Assembly: GCA_035402985.1 (NCBI GenBank)
Contig: DAONEH010000003.1
Coordinates: forward strand, 561-64,560
Source of the DNA: a bacterium
Lineage (GTDB): Bacteria; Patescibacteriota; Patescibacteriia; Patescibacteriales; UBA12465
Reading direction: 5' to 3'
DNA length: 64,000 nt
The translations under genes and the position numbers were made by a program. Position 1 is the first letter of the stretch. Each line of letters starts with the position of its first letter. Positions 55,494 through 64,000 of the stretch are shown one piece after another. The notes beneath the pieces were generated by a model that was not told the DNA's origin, ran no database searches, and worked only from the letters and a program-made list of their open reading frames with translations.

Positions 55494-56711
55494 ATGAGTG
55501 ATGATAAAAAAGAAAATAGTGTTCTACGCGCTTTATTAGAACAAGACACTATTAAAGTTCCGGGAGTAAACGATATTGTTGTTGGTAAGGTAATAACCGC
55601 TTCTAAGTCCGAAGTTCGTTTAGATATTGGCGGTGTTTTTATTGGTGTTGTTCGTGGTCCCGAATTATATTTTGAAGCTGAAGAATTTGCCAGTTTAAAA
55701 CCGGGTGATGAAATTGAAGCTACCGTAATCGATGAAGAAAATGAACGAGGAGAATTGGAATTATCATTTAAGCAAGCCGGTCAGGAAAAGGCTTGGAGTA
55801 AACTAGAACAAGCCTTAAAAGATAAAGAAATTGTTAAAGTTAAAGTGGTTGAAGCTAATAAAGGTGGATTATTGGTAAAATATTATCAAATTGCTGGTTT
55901 TTTACCAGTATCTCAGTTATCTCCAGAAAATTATCCTCGAGTTAATGGTGGTGACAAACAAAAAATATTAGAAAAATTAAAATCGTTTATCGGCCAAGAA
56001 ATTGAAGTTAATGTTATTAATTTAGGTGAAGAATCCGATAAAATAATTTTTAGCGAAAAAGATGTTTGGAATAAAAAACAAAAACACATAATTGATAAGT
56101 ATAAGGTTGGTATGATAGTTGATGGTAAAATTTCAGCTGTTACTAATTTTGGTGTCTTTATAAGTTTTGGCGAGGGGATGGAAGGTTTAATTCATATTTC
56201 CGAATTAGCTTGGCAAAGAATTGAATCTCCGGAAAAACTTTATAAAGTCGGTGATATAATTAAAGCGGAAATAGTTAATCTTGATAATAATAAAATCTTT
56301 TTGAGCGCTAAAAAAATTGTTGAAGATCCATGGAAAAAAGCGGTTGAAAAGTATAAATCCGGCGATATCGTTAAAGGCCAAGTTTTAAAAGTTAATCCGT
56401 TTGGATTATTTGTAAAACTAGATGATGAAATTCATGGTTTGGCTCATATTACCCAGTTAAATATAAATGTTAAAGAAAAAATCAGTGATTTATTTAAATC
56501 CGGAGATGAACTTGATTTTGAAATTTTATCTATTTCACCGGCTGATCATCGTTTAGGTTTAAAATTGGTTAAAGAAGGAAAAAAAATAAAGAAAGATAAA
56601 ATAGATTCAGAAGAAAAAGAGGAAGTTAAGGATGAGTCTAAAAAGAAAGAAAAAAAAGAAATTAAGGAAAAACCAGCCAAAGAAAAGAAAGCTAAGATTG
56701 AAAAAAAATAA
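55494..56711 (+). CDS. rpsA: 30S ribosomal protein S1 (four S1 domains, Lys-rich tail)
   Basis: Repeated S1 motifs (VVGKVITASKSEVRLDIG, GKISAVTNFGVFISFGEGMEGLIHISEL, VKGQVLKVNPFGLFVKL). Confidence 0.9.
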   Translation: MSDDKKENSVLRALLEQDTIKVPGVNDIVVGKVITASKSEVRLDIGGVFIGVVRGPELYFEAEEFASLKPGDEIEATVIDEENERGELELSFKQAGQEKAWSKLEQALKDKEIVKVKVVEANKGGLLVKYYQIAGFLPVSQLSPENYPRVNGGDKQKILEKLKSFIGQEIEVNVINLGEESDKIIFSEKDVWNKKQKHIIDKYKVGMIVDGKISAVTNFGVFISFGEGMEGLIHISELAWQRIESPEKLYKVGDIIKAEIVNLDNNKIFLSAKKIVEDPWKKAVEKYKSGDIVKGQVLKVNPFGLFVKLDDEIHGLAHITQLNINVKEKISDLFKSGDELDFEILSISPADHRLGLKLVKEGKKIKKDKIDSEEKEEVKDESKKKEKKEIKEKPAKEKKAKIEKK

Positions 56712-56723
56712 TACAGATAGTTA

Positions 56724-56757
56724 AAAACAAAGAGCCGGTTATTCGGCTCTTTGTTTT
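56724..56757 (+). terminator. Intrinsic terminator after rpsA
   Basis: AAAACAAAGAGCCG-GTTATT-CGGCTCTTTGTTTT. Confidence 0.75.
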
Positions 56758-56823
56758 AATATTATTTGTTTTTAAGCTTAATTTATTGTATAATATATAA
56801 ATATAACATTAATTTATTACAAT

Positions 56824-58644
56824 ATGAAACCTTTTTTAAAAAATTCATTCATGTTTTTATTTTCTTTTTTGGTTATAGCTGCTTTGTTTAGTATTTTTAC
56901 TCAAAATTCTTCCAAAACTGAAACTATTGGTTTAAATAATTTAGTGTCTTTAATTAATGATGAACAAATTACCGCTATTGAAGTGATTGATAACACTATA
57001 AATTTGACTTTAAATTCTGGTGAAAAGAAAACAGTAAAAAAAGAAAGCACCGAATCTTTTTCTGCTTTGATAAAAAATTTGGGTGTTGATCAAGAAAAAA
57101 TGTCAAAAATAAATTTAATCGTTAAAGAAGATAGCAGTTTTAAAACAATGTTAATATCACTTTTACCTATTTTAATTCCAGTTATTTTAATAGCCGCTTT
57201 TTTAATTTTTATGTTAAAAGGAGTAAATGGTGCTAATTCAAAAGCAATGATGTTCGGTCAATCTCAGGCTCGTGAATTTGATAATAAACAAAAAAATAAA
57301 ATTACTTTTAAAGATGTAGCCGGGGCTAAAGAAGCTAAACAAGAATTAAGTGAGATAGTTGATTTTTTAAAATTTCCCAAAAAATTTTATGATTTGGGAG
57401 CTAAAATTCCTAAAGGCGTTTTACTGTTAGGTGGTCCGGGAATCGGAAAAACTTTAATGGCTAAAGCCGTAGCCGGTGAAGCCAATGTTCCATTTTTAAG
57501 TATTTCCGGTTCAGAATTTGTGGAAATGTTTGTAGGGGTGGGAGCTTCTCGGGTTCGATCTCTTTTTCAAAAAGCAAAAAAAAGTTCACCTTGTATTATA
57601 TTTATTGATGAAATTGATGCCGTTGGCCGAAAAAGAGGTTCAGGTTTGGGCGGTTCTCATGATGAGCGTGAACAAACTTTAAATCAAATTTTAGTTGAAA
57701 TGGACGGTTTTGAACCTAACGTCAGTATTATTGTTATTGCGGCTACTAATCGACCCGATGTTTTAGATCCAGCGTTACTTCGTCCGGGAAGATTTGATCG
57801 TCAAATTGTAATTGATAATCCTGATTTAAAAGATCGTGAAGAGATTTTAAAAGTTCATGCGCAAAAAAAACCTTTAGCTAAAGATGTTGATTTAAAATTA
57901 ATAGCTCAAAGAACTCCGGGATTTAGTGGGGCTGATTTAGCTAATGTTTTAAATGAAGCGGCTATTTTAGCCGCTCGGCAAAACAAAAAAATTATTGAAT
58001 TGCCGGATTTGTTTGAAGCTATTGAAAAAGTTATTATGGGTCCGGAGAGAAAGGGTCGAATTATAAGTGATGACGAAAAGAAAATTACCGCTTATCATGA
58101 AGCCGGTCATGCGGTGGTGGCTAATTTTTTACCCAATGCCGATCCGGTTCATAAAATTTCAATTATTGCTCGAGGTCAAGCCGGTGGTTATACTTTAAAA
58201 CTTCCAGAAAATGATAAAAGATTATATTCAAAAAATTATTTTATTGATGAAATTGCTGTATTATTAGCCGGTCATTTAACTGAGAAAAAAATATTTGGAG
58301 AAGTTACTACCGGAGCTACTTCCGATTTGCGTCGAGCGACCGAATTAGCTCGTCGGTTAATAACTGATTATGGAATGAGTGAAAAATTAGGTCCAAGAAC
58401 TTTCGGTGAAAAAGAAGAAATGATTTTTTTGGGTCGGGAAATTCATGAACAACGTGATTATAGCGAAAAAGTGGCTGAAATGATTGATGAAGAAATTACT
58501 AATTTTATTAACGAAGGAGAAAAACGAGCTGTTAATATTTTAAATAAAAACAAAGAACAATTGGAAAAAGTTGTCGCCGTTTTATTAGAAAAAGAAACAA
58601 TTGAAAAAGAAGAATTTGATAAATTAGTCGCCGTTAAGAACTAA
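56824..58644 (+). CDS. ftsH: ATP-dependent zinc metalloprotease FtsH
   Basis: Two TM helices, Walker A GPGIGKT, SRH region, HEAGH zinc site. Confidence 0.96.
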   Translation: MKPFLKNSFMFLFSFLVIAALFSIFTQNSSKTETIGLNNLVSLINDEQITAIEVIDNTINLTLNSGEKKTVKKESTESFSALIKNLGVDQEKMSKINLIVKEDSSFKTMLISLLPILIPVILIAAFLIFMLKGVNGANSKAMMFGQSQAREFDNKQKNKITFKDVAGAKEAKQELSEIVDFLKFPKKFYDLGAKIPKGVLLLGGPGIGKTLMAKAVAGEANVPFLSISGSEFVEMFVGVGASRVRSLFQKAKKSSPCIIFIDEIDAVGRKRGSGLGGSHDEREQTLNQILVEMDGFEPNVSIIVIAATNRPDVLDPALLRPGRFDRQIVIDNPDLKDREEILKVHAQKKPLAKDVDLKLIAQRTPGFSGADLANVLNEAAILAARQNKKIIELPDLFEAIEKVIMGPERKGRIISDDEKKITAYHEAGHAVVANFLPNADPVHKISIIARGQAGGYTLKLPENDKRLYSKNYFIDEIAVLLAGHLTEKKIFGEVTTGATSDLRRATELARRLITDYGMSEKLGPRTFGEKEEMIFLGREIHEQRDYSEKVAEMIDEEITNFINEGEKRAVNILNKNKEQLEKVVAVLLEKETIEKEEFDKLVAVKN

Positions 58645-58669
58645 ATTAATTATTTTCGTTAATTGTTAT

Positions 58670-58698
58670 TTGACTAATATCAATTTTTAAATTATACT
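58670..58698 (+). promoter_or_regulatory. Sigma70-type promoter (TTGACT-17-TATACT) for rpmF
   Basis: TTGACT at 58670-58675, TATACT at 58693-58698. Confidence 0.5.
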
Positions 58699-58729
58699 TA
58701 AATTAAATTTTAAAATAAACTTTTAAATT

Positions 58730-58930
58730 ATGTCAGTACCAAAAAGAAGAAAAACACGGTCAGCCGTTGGCCAAAATCGTTCCCATTTAGCTTTAAAACC
58801 TAAAACTTTAAATAGCTGTCCCAAATGCGGTCAAGCTATTTTACCCCATACTGCTTGCGGGTTTTGCGGAACCTATAAAGGTAAAACCGTTTTAACAATT
58901 AAAGATAAAAAAGCTAAAAGTAAAAAATAA
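58730..58930 (+). CDS. rpmF: 50S ribosomal protein L32 (zinc-ribbon form)
   Basis: MSVPKRRKTRSAVGQNRSH... with CPKCG...CGFCG. Confidence 0.92.
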   Translation: MSVPKRRKTRSAVGQNRSHLALKPKTLNSCPKCGQAILPHTACGFCGTYKGKTVLTIKDKKAKSKK

Positions 58931-58957
58931 GGCACTGTTTAGTGCTTTATTTTTTTA
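58931..58957 (+). terminator. Possible intrinsic terminator after rpmF
   Basis: GGCACT-GTTT-AGTGCT followed by a T-rich run. Confidence 0.45.
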
Positions 58958-58969
58958 ATATATATAATT

Positions 58970-59500
58970 ATGGCTAATAGACATTTATCCCGAACTATCG
59001 CTATGCAAACTTTGTTTGTATGGGATTTTAATAATCAAACTAAAAATTTAGATGATATCATTGAAGATAATTTTAAAAATTTTGCTCCCGAATTTGATGA
59101 TGGCGGTTTTGTTAGAGAACTAGTTTTTGGAGTTTTTAATAATTTAGAGGAAATTAATAACTATATAAAAAAATATGCTCCAGAATGGCCTTTGGATCAA
59201 ATTACGGTAATTGATCGGAATGTTTTGCGTTTAGGTATTTATGAATTAGTTTTTTCTGAAAAAATTCCGCCTAAAGTTGCTATTAATGAAGCGATTGAAG
59301 TGGCTAAAAATTTTGGCGGGGAATCATCCGGTAAGTTTATTAATGGAGTTTTAGGATCTATATTTAATGACATGCCGGAAGAAGAAAAAACTAAAAGAGA
59401 AAAATTATCAACCCAAAAAACAAACAATAATAACGAAGAACAAACAGAAGATAAAATTAAACAAGAGGAAGTTATCGATAATCAGATTGAAAAAGATTAG
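58970..59500 (+). CDS. nusB: Transcription antitermination factor NusB
   Basis: [13 protein letters not shown]...[12 protein letters not shown]...INEAIEVAK...FINGVL, plus an acidic/Asn-rich C-terminal extension. Confidence 0.9.
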   Translation: MANRHLSRTIAMQTLFVWDFNNQTKNLDDIIEDNFKNFAPEFDDGGFVRELVFGVFNNLEEINNYIKKYAPEWPLDQITVIDRNVLRLGIYELVFSEKIPPKVAINEAIEVAKNFGGESSGKFINGVLGSIFNDMPEEEKTKREKLSTQKTNNNNEEQTEDKIKQEEVIDNQIEKD

Positions 59501-59597
59501 ATAATAAATTAGTTAAAATATTAATTAATAAAATAAATTATAATTTGCGTTTTTAAATATTTAAAATTGAAAATTATAATTTATCTGATTTTATAAT

Positions 59598-60293
59598 ATG
59601 AGTAATTTAAAAGATTTAGAAAAAGAAATCAAGGTAAATTTTACTAACCATGATTTGTTGCAACAAGCCATGGTTCATCGATCGTATATTAACGAACATC
59701 CTAATTTTAAAATGGGTCATAATGAAAGATTAGAATTTTTAGGTGATGCTGTTTTAGAAATTATTGTTACCGAATATTTATACAAAAGTTTCCCCGATAA
59801 ACCGGAAGGGGATTTAACTAATTGGCGAGCTAGTTTGGTTAATTCTAAAATGTTGTATAAAATAGCCAATAAATTAAATTTTGATAAATTTTTGTTATTA
59901 TCTAAAGGTGAATCTAAAGATAGTAATTCCAAAGCTCGACACTATATTTTAGCTGATTCGGTAGAAGCTGTTATCGGGGCTATTTATTTAGATCAAGGAT
60001 TGGAAATAGCTAAAGAATTTATTTTAAATAATGTTATAACCAATTTGAATGAAATTATAGAAAATAGAACATATGTCGATCCTAAATCTCGTTTTCAAGA
60101 AATGTCGCAAGAAATTGTCGGAATTACTCCATCTTATCAAGTTTTAAAAGAAGAAGGTCCCGATCATGCTAAAAAGTTTACCATTGGTCTATATTTAAAT
60201 GAAGAACTTATAACTACCGGTGAAGGTTTTTCTAAACAAGAAGCTCAAACTAAAGCCGCCGAAGAAGGATTAAAAATTAAAAAATGGTTTTAA
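59598..60293 (+). CDS. rnc: Ribonuclease III
   Basis: Signature ERLEFLGDAVL plus a C-terminal dsRBD. Confidence 0.94.
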   Translation: MSNLKDLEKEIKVNFTNHDLLQQAMVHRSYINEHPNFKMGHNERLEFLGDAVLEIIVTEYLYKSFPDKPEGDLTNWRASLVNSKMLYKIANKLNFDKFLLLSKGESKDSNSKARHYILADSVEAVIGAIYLDQGLEIAKEFILNNVITNLNEIIENRTYVDPKSRFQEMSQEIVGITPSYQVLKEEGPDHAKKFTIGLYLNEELITTGEGFSKQEAQTKAAEEGLKIKKWF

Positions 60294-60317
60294 TTTTTTA
60301 AACACTAATTTAAAAAT

Positions 60318-61526
60318 ATGAATATTGATAAAATATTTGAAGTAGCTATAGAGAAAAAAGCTTCTGATATTCATTTGGTTCACGGTTTACCCCCAATTTT
60401 AAGAGTTAATGGGGAGCTGTTTTGTTTAAGTGATTCTGGTTTATCCAGTAGTGTTTTTTGTCAAGCGGATAATCTAAATACTCAAGTTTCTGATTTAATA
60501 GAAAAAAATGATGATACTGATCCGACTTCTCCGGCTAAATATACTTTTTCCGAAACCGGAGAAATTATAAAAAAGGGATTATTATCCGGCAACCAAGATG
60601 ATTTATCCGTAATTACTTCCGATAAAATTCATAAAATTGTAAAAAAAATTTTAACGGAAGAACAATTAGAAAAATTTTATCGTCGTAAAGATTATGATCT
60701 TGGTTATGAATATCAAAATTCTCGTTTTAGAGTTAATTTGTCATATGAAAAAGGTAATTTAAAATTAGTGGCTCGAGTTATCGGCAATAAACTTCCAACT
60801 CTAGAAGAAATTAATATGCCCCCTAAAGTAATTGAATTATTAGGTTTAAAACAAGGTTTAATTTTGTTAACTGGTCCGACCGGTTGCGGTAAATCAACTT
60901 CTTTAGCGGCTATGATTAATTATATTAATAATAACAGAAGTTGTAACATTGTTACTTTAGAAGATCCGATGGAATTTATTTTTAAACCTAATAAAAGTAT
61001 TATTACTCAAAGACAATTAGGGGTGGATATGCCTACTTTTTCCAGTGGACTAAAACATGTTTTGCGTCAGGATCCTAACGTTATTATGGTGGGCGAAATG
61101 AGAGACTTAGAAACTATTTCCACTACTTTAACATTAGCGGAAACCGGACATTTAGTTTTAGCAACACTTCATACTTGTAATACTTATCAGACCATTGATC
61201 GTATTATTGATATGTTTCCGTCTCATCAACAAAATCAAGTTAAATCACAATTATCTTTAATTTTATCAGCTGTGGTATCTCAAGTTTTAATTACTAAAAA
61301 AGGCGGTGGTCGAGTGGCGGTGCGAGAAGTTCTTATTAATAATAGTGCTGTAGCTAATTTAATCAGGGAACAAAAAATTCCGCAGATTAAAAGTGTTATT
61401 GAAACTCATTATAACGATGGTATGATAAGCTTTGATCGCAGTATCAAGGAATTGTACGAGCAGGATTTAATAGATGAAGACGAATTTAATAAATTTTTAA
61501 ATGCCCGATATATTACCGGAAGTTAA
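60318..61526 (+). CDS. pilT: Type IV pilus retraction ATPase PilT (with N-terminal-domain insertion)
   Basis: Walker A GPTGCGKST, Asp box, Walker B VIMVGEMRD, His box ETGHLVLATLHT, PilT-type C-terminus. Carries a ~60-aa insert after residue ~36. Confidence 0.88.
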   Translation: MNIDKIFEVAIEKKASDIHLVHGLPPILRVNGELFCLSDSGLSSSVFCQADNLNTQVSDLIEKNDDTDPTSPAKYTFSETGEIIKKGLLSGNQDDLSVITSDKIHKIVKKILTEEQLEKFYRRKDYDLGYEYQNSRFRVNLSYEKGNLKLVARVIGNKLPTLEEINMPPKVIELLGLKQGLILLTGPTGCGKSTSLAAMINYINNNRSCNIVTLEDPMEFIFKPNKSIITQRQLGVDMPTFSSGLKHVLRQDPNVIMVGEMRDLETISTTLTLAETGHLVLATLHTCNTYQTIDRIIDMFPSHQQNQVKSQLSLILSAVVSQVLITKKGGGRVAVREVLINNSAVANLIREQKIPQIKSVIETHYNDGMISFDRSIKELYEQDLIDEDEFNKFLNARYITGS

Positions 61527-62392
61527 TTACTCTTATATATTTTTTTTCCATCACTTATTATTTTAATTGTTCCGTCTTGATCTGTACGGAATATTTTTAT
61601 ATTTAGTTTTTCTAAACGTTTTATAATTCTTAAACTAGGATGATTAAAATCATTGTTTTCTCCGACCATAATAATAGCTATTTTAGGATTAACCGCTTCT
61701 AAAAATTTTTGATTACTGGCTGTAACTGATCCGTGATGGCCTATTTTTATAACATCACTTTTTATATTTATCCCAGCGGATAAAATTTCGGATTCCACTT
61801 CGTTTTCGGCGTCACCCATAAACAAAAAGGAAGAATGATTACAAGTTAAACGACTAACAATAGAAGAATTGTTAACATTATCAATTTTTTGTTGATAAAT
61901 GTTGGTAATTGGATAAATAATATTGAAAAAACAATCCGATTCCAAATTTATAGTTTGATTATAAACCGGTAGTAGTAAAGGAATTTTATAATAAGAAATT
62001 AATTTTAACAGTTCATTATAAATAGTGGATTCATAATCTATTCCATTGTATAGAATTTGTTTAACATCGTATTTTTTTATAATTGGAATTAGTCCGGTGA
62101 TATGATCATCATGCGGATGAGTTATAATTATTAAATCAATTTGTTTATTCCACCATGGAATTTCTTTTTCCAATTCTTTTAACCCTTGCTCGCTACCAAA
62201 ATCAATAATAATATTTTGTTGATTGGGAGTTTTTATAAAAATGGCATCGGCTTGTCCGGAATCAATAAAAGAAATTTCTAAATTATTATTTTTTTTACTA
62301 ACCTGATAAGTAATTAGAAAATAAAAAATTATTATTATTAAACCGGTAAAAAACAAAATTTTTTTAAATTTAATTTTATGATTGTTAAACAT
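61523..62392 (-). CDS. ComEC/Rec2-related metallo-beta-lactamase domain protein (membrane-anchored)
   Basis: N-terminal TM helix, ITHPHDDHITG and GDAE...HHGS motifs as in the ComEC C-terminal domain. No competence channel domain. Overlaps the pilT end by 4 nt. Confidence 0.8.
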   Translation of the reverse strand: MFNNHKIKFKKILFFTGLIIIIFYFLITYQVSKKNNNLEISFIDSGQADAIFIKTPNQQNIIIDFGSEQGLKELEKEIPWWNKQIDLIIITHPHDDHITGLIPIIKKYDVKQILYNGIDYESTIYNELLKLISYYKIPLLLPVYNQTINLESDCFFNIIYPITNIYQQKIDNVNNSSIVSRLTCNHSSFLFMGDAENEVESEILSAGINIKSDVIKIGHHGSVTASNQKFLEAVNPKIAIIMVGENNDFNHPSLRIIKRLEKLNIKIFRTDQDGTIKIISDGKKIYKSN

Positions 62393-62508
62393 TTTTTTTG
62401 AAATAATATTTTATAATTTCTATTATAAAAAAAAGTGGTTAAAATAATATTAAATTGTTTTTAAAAATAACTTCAAAAATAGTCATTTTAGCCTTTATTT
62501 ATGGGGTG

Positions 62509-62537
62509 TTGACAAATGTTTTTAAATCGTTTATAAT
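62509..62537 (+). promoter_or_regulatory. Perfect-consensus sigma70 promoter (TTGACA-17-TATAAT) upstream of 23S rRNA
   Basis: TTGACA at 62509-62514, exactly 17-nt spacer, TATAAT at 62532-62537. Confidence 0.65.
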
Positions 62538-62612
62538 TAACACAGTTTTAAAAACTTAGGCTTTACGAAAAAAATAACTATGTTTATTTATTTTTTAGTA
62601 TTAAATAAAATT

Positions 62613-62668
62613 TAGCGGCTTTAAGCTTTTTTAGCTTATTTTGTGGCCGCTTTAACAGCGGTTTTTTC
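62613..62668 (+). promoter_or_regulatory. 23S leader element: boxA-like sequence within alternative hairpins plus a U-tract
   Basis: GCCGCT (62646-62651) can pair with AGCGGC (62614-62619), or with AGCGGT (62657-62662) which is followed by TTTTTT. CGCTTTAACAG (62648-62658) shares CTTTAACA with the E. coli rrn boxA TGCTCTTTAACAA. Confidence 0.4.
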
Positions 62669-62883
62669 TTTTTCAAAAAAAGTTTGCTCCTAAAATAAAA
62701 AATTAGAAATTAAAATTTTGCAGATTATCTTTTTAAAAATAATCTTCAAATATTGATATCTAATGGTATCGTATTGAACCTTAATAATTGAATGATGATT
62801 TTATTGTTCTTATGCAATTTCGAAACAATAAAATTTAGCGATAATTTTTAAATTATTTAAAATCAAAAATGTGAGAGAATCTC

Positions 62884-64000
<1,117 letters not shown>

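Overview
This is a strongly AT-rich, gene-dense bacterial chromosome segment. It uses the standard genetic code (TGA, TAA and TAG all act as stops). Almost all of it is core housekeeping: rpoB-rpoC-pth, topA, a trpS/pheT/pheS/valS cluster, tsaD, ychF, trxA-trxB, rluD, nusA, a membrane pyrophosphatase (hppA), tig, smpB-ssrA, infC-rpmI-rplT-secG, RNase J, rpsA, ftsH, rpmF, nusB, rnc, and the first ~1.1 kb of a 23S rRNA. RNA genes are six tRNAs (Cys-GCA, Val-GAC, Ile-UAU, Glu-UUC, Leu-UAA, Gly-GCC) and a tmRNA. Surface and DNA-uptake genes are scattered through the window: a type IV pilin next to dprA, pilT next to a ComEC-type metallo-beta-lactamase protein, a lamin-tail/OB-fold surface protein, and a VirB2/TrbC-like pilin. 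Gene content, absent Shine-Dalgarno motifs, near-consensus TTGACA-17-TATAAT promoters and a 23S with no upstream 16S suggest a small-genome Patescibacteria/CPR-like organism; this is inference only. The best candidates for something new are: (1) a GC-rich orphan gene cassette (206-aa ORF with its own promoter, structured leader and terminator) beside an intact IS481-family element between rnj and rpsA; (2) a promoter-driven ~140-nt rod-shaped structured RNA antisense-downstream of the VanW gene that fits no RNA family I recognise; (3) a genomically encoded tRNA-Ile(UAU); (4) a stand-alone 23S with a leader carrying a boxA-like element and mutually exclusive hairpins; (5) a smpB stop codon overlapping the tmRNA 5' end, in a mixed mRNA/tmRNA/tRNA operon. 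I saw no CRISPR array, recognisable defence operon, prophage or toxin-antitoxin pair. All calls come from reading the sequence and ORF translations by eye; no searches were run.
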